Shown here piece by piece: positions 1-8,842 of a stretch of 64,000 bases of DNA (its first letter is position 1; the number at the start of each line of letters is the position of its first letter). The stretch spans positions 12,286 through 76,285 of the forward strand of contig JAJQCT010000008.1 in assembly GCA_021202555.1 (NCBI GenBank). The letters are read 5' to 3'. The stretch comes from Clostridiales bacterium. GTDB taxonomy: Bacteria; Bacillota; Clostridia; Oscillospirales; CAG-272. The notes under the pieces are model-generated. The model was given only the letters and a program-made list of their open reading frames with translations. It ran no database searches and was not told the origin of the DNA. Position numbers and translations under genes: made by a program.

Positions 1-619
1 ATCCGTGCTCAATAGGCACATTTCTCGGAACGCCGTGAGGGCTTGACGACGCTTTGCCCGAAATGCATATCGTCTCAAAGCTCTTGTCCTCCGCGCCGTT
101 CATTCTCATGCGGTATTCAAGCTCTGCCGCAAGCTCAGTCTCATGCACTCCCGCCTTGATATACGGAATCGTCTCGGCAAACGCCTTTTCAGCGATTCGC
201 TGCGCCTTCGTGATGTTTTCTACCTCTTCCTTATCCTTGAAAATTCGCAGCTCCTCAATGAATTTTCCCGCGGGGACAAGCTTCACGCCCGAAAGCTGAT
301 TTTTGAGCGATTCATATCCCGCGTAAGAGAGCGAGCTGTCCTCAAATCCGAGAGCCTTAACGTGATTTTCGGCGCAGAGCGACGAAAGAGTGTCCGCACG
401 GCGCTCGCCTATAATTTCAAAATTCCCCTTTACCTTCGCCCGTGCCGCCTCGATATAGCGAAAATCCGTCACGACATAGGATTTCTCCTTTGTTATCAGG
501 ACATATCCGTCTGTGAAAGCAAATTCGGTGACATAGCGCTGATTTATCTCCGATGAGATATAAAGCGCGTCGTAATCGCAGCCCGCAAGCTTTGCGAGTG
601 CTTTTTCAAGCCTTGTCAT
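1..619 (-). CDS. Xaa-Pro aminopeptidase / M24B metallopeptidase, N-terminal part (gene runs off the left edge)
   Basis: My own minus-strand translation from the ATG at 619-617 gives MTRLEKALAKLAGCDYDALYISSEINQRYVTEFAFTDGYVLITKEKSYVVTDFRYIEAARAKV...ELRIFKDKEEVENITKAQRIAEKAF...AELEYRMRMNGAEDKSFETICISGKASSSPHGVP. This is the creatinase-like N-domain plus the start of the pita-bread domain. It is absent from the ORF track because there is no stop inside the window. The + ORFs 54-299 and 143-556 are its antisense shadows. Confidence 0.85.
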   Translation of the reverse strand, partial: MTRLEKALAKLAGCDYDALYISSEINQRYVTEFAFTDGYVLITKEKSYVVTDFRYIEAARAKVKGNFEIIGERRADTLSSLCAENHVKALGFEDSSLSYAGYESLKNQLSGVKLVPAGKFIEELRIFKDKEEVENITKAQRIAEKAFAETIPYIKAGVHETELAAELEYRMRMNGAEDKSFETICISGKASSSPHGVPRNVPIEHG

Positions 620-691
620 ATGTATTCTCCCTTCAAGAATAAAGTAAAATATGGTTATATAAAGCGGTATCCTCCGCGTTATATACAAAAG

Positions 692-1228
692 TCATATGCC
701 CCATTCGTTCATTTCAATCCTCGCGTCCCTCAGATACCGCTTCATAAACGGGTATTCGAGCGCGCGCTTGAATCTGAAAAAGGGCGTTTTCTTGTCTTTT
801 ATAGGCGGCACAAGAATCATCCGCAGCCCAGCGCGCTTTGCCCCGCAGACATCGGTGAAAAGCTGGTCCCCCAATGAGGCGGTATGCGCCGCGTCGGCAC
901 CAAGCTCCGCCATCGCCGCGAAAATGCATTTTGTCCCGGGCTTGCCGCTTTTCGGGTAGGCGGGAAATCCGAGTCTCGAATTAAACCTCAATACGCGCGC
1001 CTCTTCATTGTTTGACACAAACGCGAGCTTCACGCCGGCAGCCTCAAGCGAGCGAATCCACGATAAAACCTCTTCCGTCGGTTCGGGGTCGTCATATGTG
1101 ACAAGCGTGTTGTCAATGTCAGAGATAAGCGCGGAAATATCGTTTTTGCGGCAAAATTCGGGCGTCACATCGGAAAACCGCAGGAACATATAATCGGGGC
1201 GAAAAAGTTTATCGAATACCATAGGCAA
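692..1228 (-). CDS. yqeG: YqeG-family HAD-IIIA phosphatase
   Basis: 178 aa with the DIDNTL nucleophile motif, VSNN and GDQLFTD motifs, which is typical YqeG architecture. Confidence 0.8.
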   Translation of the reverse strand: MPMVFDKLFRPDYMFLRFSDVTPEFCRKNDISALISDIDNTLVTYDDPEPTEEVLSWIRSLEAAGVKLAFVSNNEEARVLRFNSRLGFPAYPKSGKPGTKCIFAAMAELGADAAHTASLGDQLFTDVCGAKRAGLRMILVPPIKDKKTPFFRFKRALEYPFMKRYLRDARIEMNEWGI

Positions 1229-1272
1229 AAGCTTTCCTCCCCATCCCTTATGCTTTTCTGTTTCATCGTTTC

Positions 1273-1301
1273 ATTGTATCATATAATCGGAAATATGTCA
1301 A
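1273..1301 (-). promoter_or_regulatory. sigma-A type promoter for yqeG-like gene
   Basis: On the minus strand this reads TTGACA (1301-1296), a 17-nt spacer ending in TGA, then TACAAT (1278-1273). Confidence 0.6.
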
Positions 1302-1483
1302 GTCTCGGCGAAAAAGTTCCGCTGAGAATATAACGCTGCAATTTCGCTTTGCACACAGTATTGCATAATAAAAGCAAAGCGGTGTTCTAATGCTTTTTCA
1401 CATATTCAAGTCGCATACTGTGTTCTGCGAAATCATATCATAAAATATATTTTGCAGAGGCGATTTTTTCGTCGTTTTTATCG

Positions 1484-1512
1484 TTGAGTTTTCAAAGTGT
1501 TTATGGTAAAAT
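1484..1512 (+). promoter_or_regulatory. sigma-A type promoter for the DUF1538 / P-II-like / antiporter operon
   Basis: TTGAGT (1484-1489), 17-nt spacer, TGG-TAAAAT extended -10 (1504-1512). It lies about 75 nt upstream of the TTG start at 1588. Confidence 0.6.
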
Positions 1513-1587
1513 ACTATAGTAAGACATTGCGTGTCGCGATATGCGCACATAGATAATGTTTCGTCAATTTAATCGGGAGGTATAATA

Positions 1588-3168
1588 TTGCGAAGAAGAA
1601 ACAGGACAGTACTCAGAAGCAAGCTCACGGAATCGCTTAAATCGGTGCTTCCGATAACGGTGATAGTATTCGCGGTATGCTTCACATTCATATCGATACC
1701 TACGGAGCTTCTGGCGGCGTTTGCTGTCGGAGCGGTAATGCTCTTTGTCGGGATGGCACTTTTCAATTTAGGCGCCGACAGGGCGATGACTCCAGTCGGA
1801 GAGGAAATAGGCTCGTCGATAACAAAAACTCGCAGGCTTTGGTTTATAATTCTTGTATGCTTTCTCGTAGGAATGGCAGTGACCGTCTCGGAGCCCGACC
1901 TTCAGGTACTTGCGGGACAAATCCCGGCGGTTGAAAATTCCTATGTGATTATCATTTCCGTCGCGGTCGGCGTGGGGATATTCCTCGTCGTCGCCATGCT
2001 CCGCATACTTTTCGGACTGAAGCTTTCATATATGCTGATATTTTTCTATGCTGTTGTTTTCATTCTTTCAATTTTCGTTCCGGATGACTTTCTTGCCGTC
2101 GCCTTCGACGCTGGAGGCGTGACGACAGGTCCGATGACCGTTCCGTTTATTATGGCGCTTGGCGCTGGCGTTGCCTCAATACGTGAGGACGACAACGCAG
2201 AAAGCGACAGCTTCGGTCTTGTCGCGCTCTCATCTGTCGGACCTATAATAACCGTCATGATTCTCGGAATAATTTACGGCGGCGAGGGCGCCGAGTACGT
2301 TTCCGAGGAAATTGCCGATATGTCGGAATCAAAGCTTTTGGCGGGCGCGTTTTTATCTGAAATTCCCGCTGAAATGCTTGACGTAGCAAAGGCGCTCCTG
2401 CCGATAATGCTGCTTTTTCTGGTATTTCAGATTTTCAGGCTCAGGCTTGAGCGCAGCGCTGTAATACGCATTCTGATAGGCTTCGTATATACATATGTGG
2501 GGCTTGTGCTTTTCCTCACCGGTGTAAACGTCGGATTCAGTCCTGTCGGCACATACATAGGCGAGGCGCTCGGTTCACTTTCGCACAACTGGATAGTGGT
2601 TCCAATCGGAATGATAATCGGCTATTTCGTCGTGTCGGCGGAACCCGCAGTTCATGTCCTGAATAAGCAGGTGTACGAAATGACCTCGGGTACGATACCA
2701 AAGGACGCGCTTTCAACAAGCCTTTCGATAAGCGTCGCTCTGTCCGTCGGTCTTTCCATGCTGCGAATCATACTTGATATACCGATAATGTATTTTCTCC
2801 TTGCGGGATATATTATCGCACTGGCACTCACATTCGTCACCCCGCCGATTTTCACAGCAATCGCGTTTGATTCGGGAGGCGTGGCATCGGGTCCCATGAC
2901 TGCAACATTTCTTTTGCCGATGTCAATCGGCGTGTGCAGCACCGTAGGCGGAAATGTCGTGACAGACGCTTTCGGAATTATCGCGATGGTCGCGATGACG
3001 CCGCTGATAACGATACAGATTCTCGGAATATACCACAAATTCAAATCAAAGAGAAACAACGACACGCTTCCCGACGATGAAATCACAGACGAGGGAGAGA
3101 TAATTGAGATGGAAATCGTCAGCGAGACGACAGACGAGGCGGCAAGCGAAGGAGAAACGACAGAATGA
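1588..3168 (+). CDS. polytopic membrane protein made of two fused DUF1538 repeats
   Basis: 526 aa. There is an internal duplication: LFNLGADRAMTPVGEEIG...FDAGGVTTGPMTVPF in the N half matches LFLTGVNVGFSPVGTYIG...FDSGGVASGPMTATF in the C half. Many TM segments. TTG start with a GGGAGG RBS 7 nt upstream. The DUF1538 assignment is from memory of the family signature. Confidence 0.6.
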   Translation: MRRRNRTVLRSKLTESLKSVLPITVIVFAVCFTFISIPTELLAAFAVGAVMLFVGMALFNLGADRAMTPVGEEIGSSITKTRRLWFIILVCFLVGMAVTVSEPDLQVLAGQIPAVENSYVIIISVAVGVGIFLVVAMLRILFGLKLSYMLIFFYAVVFILSIFVPDDFLAVAFDAGGVTTGPMTVPFIMALGAGVASIREDDNAESDSFGLVALSSVGPIITVMILGIIYGGEGAEYVSEEIADMSESKLLAGAFLSEIPAEMLDVAKALLPIMLLFLVFQIFRLRLERSAVIRILIGFVYTYVGLVLFLTGVNVGFSPVGTYIGEALGSLSHNWIVVPIGMIIGYFVVSAEPAVHVLNKQVYEMTSGTIPKDALSTSLSISVALSVGLSMLRIILDIPIMYFLLAGYIIALALTFVTPPIFTAIAFDSGGVASGPMTATFLLPMSIGVCSTVGGNVVTDAFGIIAMVAMTPLITIQILGIYHKFKSKRNNDTLPDDEITDEGEIIEMEIVSETTDEAASEGETTE

Positions 3169-3863
3169 GCGAATACAGTCTTCTTTTAACAATAGTCGGG
3201 CGAGACGCCGAGGGTGACTTTCTCGAATTTTTCAAGGCTCAGGAGATTTATGCCGTATTTTCCGCGTTCGGCAGGGGAACGGCGAGCAGGAGCATTCTCG
3301 ATTATCTCGGCATTGAAAATGACGAAAGAACTGTCCTCATGACAATTCTCCCGAGCGGAAAATCAAAGAAAATCCTCTCGCTTCTCGTCGAAAGGATGGG
3401 AATAAATGTGCCGGGAGTAGGAATTGCGCTGACGATTCCTCTTGAGAGCATAGGCGGCGGCACAAGCATGAAATATCTGACGGAGGGGCAGCCATCCCCT
3501 CAGAATCAACCGCATAAGGAGGCATACGGCAGCAAAATGAACGAAAATAAATATTCTCTTGTGATAATAATTTCCGAACGCGGAAAGTCGGACTCGGTGA
3601 TGAACGCCGCGAGAGAGGCGGGAGCCGCAGGCGGTACGGTCGTTCACGGAAAAGGAACGGCAACAAAGCTCGCCGCGAAATTCTTCGGCGTGTCAATCGC
3701 CGAGGAAAAGGAGCTTATATACATTGTCGCAAAAAAGAGCGGCAAGGACGCGATAATGAAATCCGTACTTGAAAAAGCGGGTCCGTCTACCCCCGCTCAC
3801 GCCGTGGCATTTTCACTTCCCGTCGAGGATGTCGCGGGGCTTTCGGAGCTTCTGACAGACTGA
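3165..3863 (+). CDS. tandem P-II-like (GlnB-fold) signalling protein
   Basis: 232 aa. Two modules of about 100 aa (1-105 and 128-232) are joined by a Q/P/K-rich linker. The second has AGAAGGTVVHGKGTA, which resembles a T-loop/B-loop. The ATGA start overlaps the stop of the DUF1538 gene, indicating translational coupling. Confidence 0.55.
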   Translation: MSEYSLLLTIVGRDAEGDFLEFFKAQEIYAVFSAFGRGTASRSILDYLGIENDERTVLMTILPSGKSKKILSLLVERMGINVPGVGIALTIPLESIGGGTSMKYLTEGQPSPQNQPHKEAYGSKMNENKYSLVIIISERGKSDSVMNAAREAGAAGGTVVHGKGTATKLAAKFFGVSIAEEKELIYIVAKKSGKDAIMKSVLEKAGPSTPAHAVAFSLPVEDVAGLSELLTD

Positions 3864-3902
3864 ATTATTTTTTGATTTTTATTTTAATGAAAGTGTGATT
3901 TT

Positions 3903-5195
3903 ATGACAACAACATACCTTTTGACAATCGCCGTGGCGGTGCTTGCGGGACTTATAGTCTCGCGTCCCGCGAAAAAGCTTCAGCTTCCAGCAGTCACGGC
4001 ATACCTTATCGCGGGGATTTTAATCGGTCCCTACGCCCTCGGCGCGCTCGGCGTTGACGGTCTGGGATTCACATCCTCCGAGCTTATCGACAGTCTCGAC
4101 ATTCTCTCCGACTGTGCGCTCGGATTTATCGCCTTTGCGATAGGAAACGAATTTCGCCTCTCGCAGCTCAAAAAGACGGGCAGGCAGGCAACCGTAATCG
4201 GCATATGTCAGGCGCTCGTGGCAGCGCTTCTCGTCGATATTGTTTTAATTGCCGTGCATTTCATTTTCCCCGACAAGCTCTCTCTTTCGGCGGCGATAGT
4301 TTTAGGAGCAATCGCGACGGCGACGGCTCCCGCGGCAACGCTCATGGTTGTCCGTCAGTATAAGGCACACGGACCTCTCACCGACCTGCTTTTGCCCATC
4401 GTCGCGCTCGACGACGCGGTCGGACTTGTCGTATTCGCCATTTCAATGGGAATCGCGAAGGCGATTGACAGCGGCACGGTTGACGCCGTTTCAATCATCG
4501 TAAATCCGATAATCGAAATTGCCGCATCACTTGCTCTCGGCGCGGCTATGGGCGCGATACTTACATATATTGAGCGCTTCTTTCATTCAAGGTCGAAGCG
4601 TATGTCGATTTGTATTGCCTTCGTGCTTCTGACGGTCGGACTTTCCATGCTCGAAATTGAAATCGGGGCTGTAACGCTCAGCTTTTCGTCGCTTCTCGTC
4701 TGCATGATGCTCGGAACGGTATTCTGCAATCTCTGCGATTTTTCGGAGGAGCTTATGGAGCGTACTGACGGCTGGACGACGCCTCTTTTCATCTTCTTCT
4801 TTGTGATTTCGGGCGCGAGCCTCGATTTTTCGGTGCTCAGCGACGTGACGATAATTTTAATCGGCATCGTGTTTATTCTGACGCGCGCGGCAGGCAAAAT
4901 TTCGGGTACGTACCTCTCGGCGAAAGCCGTCGGATGCTCCCCCGATATATGCAAATATCTCGGAATAACGCTTTTGCCGCAGGCGGGCGTAGCCCTTGGA
5001 ATGACAATAACGGCGGGGGAGGAGCTTGGCTCCGCCGACGCCGCCGTTATACGCAGTATTGTGCTTTTTTCGATTCTCATTCTCGAGCTTGTCGGACCTA
5101 TGCTGACTAAAATGTCGCTTCTCAGGGTCGGCGAAATCGAGCCGGACAAGAGAACGAGCGCGAGAGGCGTTTTGCCTGGCAACCGCAAGGGATAA
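3903..5195 (+). CDS. cation:proton antiporter (CPA2 / Kef-type membrane domain, no KTN domain)
   Basis: 430 aa, about 12 TM. The N-terminus LPAVTAYLIAGILIGPYALG is typical of Na+/H+ exchanger family proteins. Confidence 0.75.
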   Translation: MTTTYLLTIAVAVLAGLIVSRPAKKLQLPAVTAYLIAGILIGPYALGALGVDGLGFTSSELIDSLDILSDCALGFIAFAIGNEFRLSQLKKTGRQATVIGICQALVAALLVDIVLIAVHFIFPDKLSLSAAIVLGAIATATAPAATLMVVRQYKAHGPLTDLLLPIVALDDAVGLVVFAISMGIAKAIDSGTVDAVSIIVNPIIEIAASLALGAAMGAILTYIERFFHSRSKRMSICIAFVLLTVGLSMLEIEIGAVTLSFSSLLVCMMLGTVFCNLCDFSEELMERTDGWTTPLFIFFFVISGASLDFSVLSDVTIILIGIVFILTRAAGKISGTYLSAKAVGCSPDICKYLGITLLPQAGVALGMTITAGEELGSADAAVIRSIVLFSILILELVGPMLTKMSLLRVGEIEPDKRTSARGVLPGNRKG

Positions 5196-5198
5196 GCG

Positions 5199-6293
5199 TC
5201 ACACGTTGAATCTGAAAAGAACGACGTCTCCGTCGCGCATGACGTAATCCTTGCCCTCCGAGCGTACAAGTCCGCGCTCCTTCGCGGCGTTCATTCCGCC
5301 GCATTCGCAAAGCGCGTCGTATGACACCACCTCGGCACGGATAAAGCCGCGCTCAAAATCGCTGTGTATCTTCCCTGCCGCCTGCGGCGCCTTCGTGCCG
5401 CGTTTTATTGTCCATGCGCGCACCTCCTTGGGACCCGCCGTGAGGAAGCTTATAAGCCCGAGAAGCGCATAGCTTTTTTGTATCAAAGTCTCAAGCCCCG
5501 AATGCTCGATTCCCATTTCCTCAAGAAACATCTTCCTGTCCTCGGAATCAAGCCCCGCAATTTCGGCTTCGATTGCAGCGGAAACAGGGATTATGCCTGA
5601 GCCTTCGGACGCGGCAAGCTCCGCAAGCTTAATATAATGCTCGTTTGATTCATACCCGCCGCCTACGTCATCCTCGCCTATATTCGCGGCGTAAATTACG
5701 GGCTTCATCGTCAAAAGATTGAGTGAACCTATAATCTCCGCCTCATCCGGAGAAAGCTCTACGGAACGAGCCGTTTTTCCGTCCGAAAGCTCGTTCATGA
5801 CGCGCTCCACGAGCTCCGCCTCGACCTCAAGGGATTTATCGCCCTTCGCCTGCTTTCTCGTTCGGTCAAGCTTATGCTCAAGCGTCTCAATATCAGCGAG
5901 AATAAGCTCCGTGTTTATGGTTTCCACGTCGCGCACGGGATCAACTCCGCCGTCAACATGGATAATATCGCCCCCGTCAAAGCATCGCACGACGTGTACG
6001 AGCGCGTCGGTTTCGCGTATGTGTGAAAGAAATTTGTTTCCGAGTCCCTCTCCGCGAGACGCGCCCTTCACAAGTCCCGCAATATCGACAAATTCAACCG
6101 TCGCAGGCGTATAGAGCGTCGGGTTGTACATTTCAGAAAGACGGTCGAGTCTTTCGTCCGGCACGGCGACGACGCCAACATTCGGCTCTATCGTGCAAAA
6201 CGGATAATTTGCCGATTCCGCGCCGCCTGATGTAAGCGCATTGAAAAGTGTGCTTTTCCCAACATTGGGAAGTCCGATAATTCCAAGCTTCAT
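5199..6293 (-). CDS. ychF: redox-regulated ribosome-binding ATPase YchF
   Basis: [22 protein letters not shown]-loop, and C-terminal TGS/YchF domain ...[31 protein letters not shown]. The ORF-track start at 6422 adds 43 implausible residues, so I moved the start to the ATG at 6293. Confidence 0.93.
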   Translation of the reverse strand: MKLGIIGLPNVGKSTLFNALTSGGAESANYPFCTIEPNVGVVAVPDERLDRLSEMYNPTLYTPATVEFVDIAGLVKGASRGEGLGNKFLSHIRETDALVHVVRCFDGGDIIHVDGGVDPVRDVETINTELILADIETLEHKLDRTRKQAKGDKSLEVEAELVERVMNELSDGKTARSVELSPDEAEIIGSLNLLTMKPVIYAANIGEDDVGGGYESNEHYIKLAELAASEGSGIIPVSAAIEAEIAGLDSEDRKMFLEEMGIEHSGLETLIQKSYALLGLISFLTAGPKEVRAWTIKRGTKAPQAAGKIHSDFERGFIRAEVVSYDALCECGGMNAAKERGLVRSEGKDYVMRDGDVVLFRFNV

Positions 6294-6511
6294 TTTTATG
6301 CATTTCCTTTCGACAAAAAACAAGCATTTAAGATAAAAAAGCGTGATAAATTCGATTTTCACAAAAAAAACAGAATGCGAACATACCGCTTTCAAGGAAA
6401 TATTATAGATTATATTCAGCAAGTGTGCAAGTAAATTTTATTTGAATAATTTGCTCGGCACCACGATTCGGAGCAGCGTACAATTTTTATATTTTTTCTC
6501 ATCAAAAATCG

Positions 6512-6540
6512 TTTACTTTTTGATTGGGAAGTGGTATAAT
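6512..6540 (+). promoter_or_regulatory. sigma-A type promoter for the two-component operon
   Basis: TTTACT (6512-6517), 17-nt spacer, TGG-TATAAT extended -10 (6532-6540). Confidence 0.55.
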
Positions 6541-6581
6541 ATTATTGTACAACGCGAAAGCAAAAAAACGGAGGATTTGTT

Positions 6582-7277
6582 ATGGCTATAGGTACAAAAA
6601 TACTTGTTATCGACGACGACGTGAACATATGTGATCTGCTGCGTCTTTATTTTGAAAACGAAGGCTATGACGTTAAGACTGCAAACGACGGAAACGACGG
6701 GGTGAACTACTTTAAGATGTACGACCCCGACCTCGTGCTTCTTGACATTATGCTTCCGAAAAAGGACGGGCTTCAGGTTTGCCGTGAAATCCGCGAGGTA
6801 TCATCCAAGCCGATTATAATGATTACGGCAAAGGGTCAGGTTTTCGACAAGGTTCTCGGGCTTGAGCTTGGTGCCGACGATTTTGTTGTCAAACCGTTCG
6901 ACATGAAGGAGCTTTCCGCCCGCGTAAAGGCGGTGCTTCGCCGCTATAACTCGCATGACACGATGACGGGAAGCGAGGTCATCAAGTTTGACAACATGGA
7001 AATCAGCCTTGAAAAATATGAGCTGCGTCTCAACGGCAAGCCCGTAGATGTACCGCCGAAGGAGCTTGAGCTGCTTTATTTCCTCGCGTTCAACTGCAAC
7101 CGCGTATTCACGAGAGATCAGCTTCTCGACAAGGTATGGGGCTTCGATTATCTCGGCGACTCGCGCACGGTTGACGTACACGTCAAGCGTCTGCGTGAAA
7201 AGCTCGAGGGCGTGTCCGACAAATGGAACCTCAAAACTGTATGGGGCGTCGGATATAAATTCGAGGTTACGCAGTAA
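6582..7277 (+). CDS. OmpR/PhoB-family response regulator
   Basis: 231 aa. Receiver domain (ILVIDDD...LLDIMLPKKDG...KP) plus a winged-helix C-terminus (TVDVHVKRLREKL...VWGVGYKF). Confidence 0.92.
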   Translation: MAIGTKILVIDDDVNICDLLRLYFENEGYDVKTANDGNDGVNYFKMYDPDLVLLDIMLPKKDGLQVCREIREVSSKPIIMITAKGQVFDKVLGLELGADDFVVKPFDMKELSARVKAVLRRYNSHDTMTGSEVIKFDNMEISLEKYELRLNGKPVDVPPKELELLYFLAFNCNRVFTRDQLLDKVWGFDYLGDSRTVDVHVKRLREKLEGVSDKWNLKTVWGVGYKFEVTQ

Positions 7278-7377
7278 TCCTGTGTTACACAGTAACCTGT
7301 GTTACACAGTAGACTGTTGAATTTCGGGCGTGCGTGCAAAATCGCACGCCCTTTTAATCGAAAAGGACGGATTTTAA

Positions 7378-8826
7378 GTGTTTCGCTCGATTTTTACAAA
7401 ATATATTTCCGTTTTTATGCTGACGATAATCGTCAGCTTTATCGTGCAGATTTCGATAATATCGACTTTAATCGGCAGCTATTCGGACACATCGAAGGAG
7501 GTGTCCCTTTCGCGCGCCGCCGATACTGTCGCCGAATATATAAATGAAAATGTGACGGGATCATCATCCGTTTCCGAATATATTGACGAAAACGGCGATA
7601 CGTTAAGCGATAGCATACGCCTTCTTCTCGATTACGCGGGAGATGTTTCCGTCGTAATATCGGACATTGATGGAAATGTTTTATATACCGCAGGCAAATA
7701 TGTTCCCGCTGTCGGCGGGAGCGAGACCTACGAGGTCAGCGCCGATTTGCTTTCAAATGTGACGTCAAGCGGATATTCGTTTGTTTCGGAGGACAGCGAG
7801 GGAATATTTGCCTCGGTGAAATACGTCTGCGGCAGGGCGATTTCGTCAGACGGCACAGCAGTTGGCGCAGTCTTTACCTGCTCGTCGAAATCAAACACCG
7901 ACAGTCTCTTGAACTCGCTTGTAAGCTCAACCGTACTCGCAAGCCTCTGGGTAATGCTCGCAGCGCTTGTCGCCGTATATTTTTTAAGCGAGCGCGTCGT
8001 GCGCCCGATAAGGGACATCAGCGCCGCAGCGAAGCGATTTGCCGCGGGAGATTTCGATGTGCGCGTAAATGTCGTCGGCAAGGACGAAATAGCGGAGCTT
8101 GCCGAGACGTTCAACAATATGGCAGCGTCTCTCGCCGACCTTGAAAATATGCGCAGTACGTTCCTCGCGAACGTCTCACACGATCTGCGAACGCCGATGA
8201 CGACGATTTCGGGATATATAGACGGAATACTCGACGGTGCGATACCGCCAGACAAATACGAGCATTATCTCAAAATTGTAAAAAACGAAGTCGGCAGACT
8301 GTCACGGCTCGTCTCCTCTCTTCTCGATCTGACGAGAATCGAGGCGGGCGTGCGCAAATTCACGTTTGTCGATTTCGACATATGCGAGATGGCGCGCGAG
8401 ATAATAATATCGATGGAGGCGCGCCTCACGGAAAAGAATCTCAAGGTCGAATTTGATTCGGGCAGCGACAATATTTTCGTCACAGCCGACCGCGACGCGA
8501 TTTATCAGGTGCTTTACAATATCTGCGACAATGCAGTAAAATTCTCGCGCGAGGGCGGCGAATACAAGGTTTCGGCATCAGTATACGGAAAAAAAGTCCA
8601 CGTTTCCGTTTTCAACGAGGGTCAGGGAATCCCCGAGGAGGATATAGCGCACGTATTCGACAGATTTTATAAAAGCGACAAGAGCCGCGGACTTGACAAA
8701 ACGGGAGTCGGTCTTGGACTTTACATCTGCAAGACTATAATCGACGCGCACGGAGAAACAATAGCGGTAAATAGCGAATACGGCAAATACTGCGAATTCA
8801 GCTTCACGCTCACGCCGAAAAAATGA
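7378..8826 (+). CDS. membrane sensor histidine kinase (HAMP-HisKA-HATPase_c)
   Basis: 482 aa. Two TM segments flank an extracytoplasmic loop of about 150 aa. HAMP domain, H-box FLANVSHDLRTPMT, N/G boxes DNAVKF...GVGLGL. GTG start. Confidence 0.9.
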   Translation: MFRSIFTKYISVFMLTIIVSFIVQISIISTLIGSYSDTSKEVSLSRAADTVAEYINENVTGSSSVSEYIDENGDTLSDSIRLLLDYAGDVSVVISDIDGNVLYTAGKYVPAVGGSETYEVSADLLSNVTSSGYSFVSEDSEGIFASVKYVCGRAISSDGTAVGAVFTCSSKSNTDSLLNSLVSSTVLASLWVMLAALVAVYFLSERVVRPIRDISAAAKRFAAGDFDVRVNVVGKDEIAELAETFNNMAASLADLENMRSTFLANVSHDLRTPMTTISGYIDGILDGAIPPDKYEHYLKIVKNEVGRLSRLVSSLLDLTRIEAGVRKFTFVDFDICEMAREIIISMEARLTEKNLKVEFDSGSDNIFVTADRDAIYQVLYNICDNAVKFSREGGEYKVSASVYGKKVHVSVFNEGQGIPEEDIAHVFDRFYKSDKSRGLDKTGVGLGLYICKTIIDAHGETIAVNSEYGKYCEFSFTLTPKK

Positions 8827-8842
8827 TTTATGAGGTAATATT

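Noticed and set aside
5199-6422. N-terminally extended ORF-track models. Affected genes are ychF 6422, MATE 15308, DUF378 16657, DUF58 32845, GH2 41582, dapA 44688, surface protein 45564, GldG 50625, ABC ATPase 52623, pyrC 53128, pyrD 55106, pduL 59655, EamA 61479 and abrB 23142.
   Set aside because: The extensions run through promoters or neighbouring genes, lack an RBS and add non-homologous residues. Internal starts with Shine-Dalgarno sequences reproduce the canonical N-termini, so I moved the starts.
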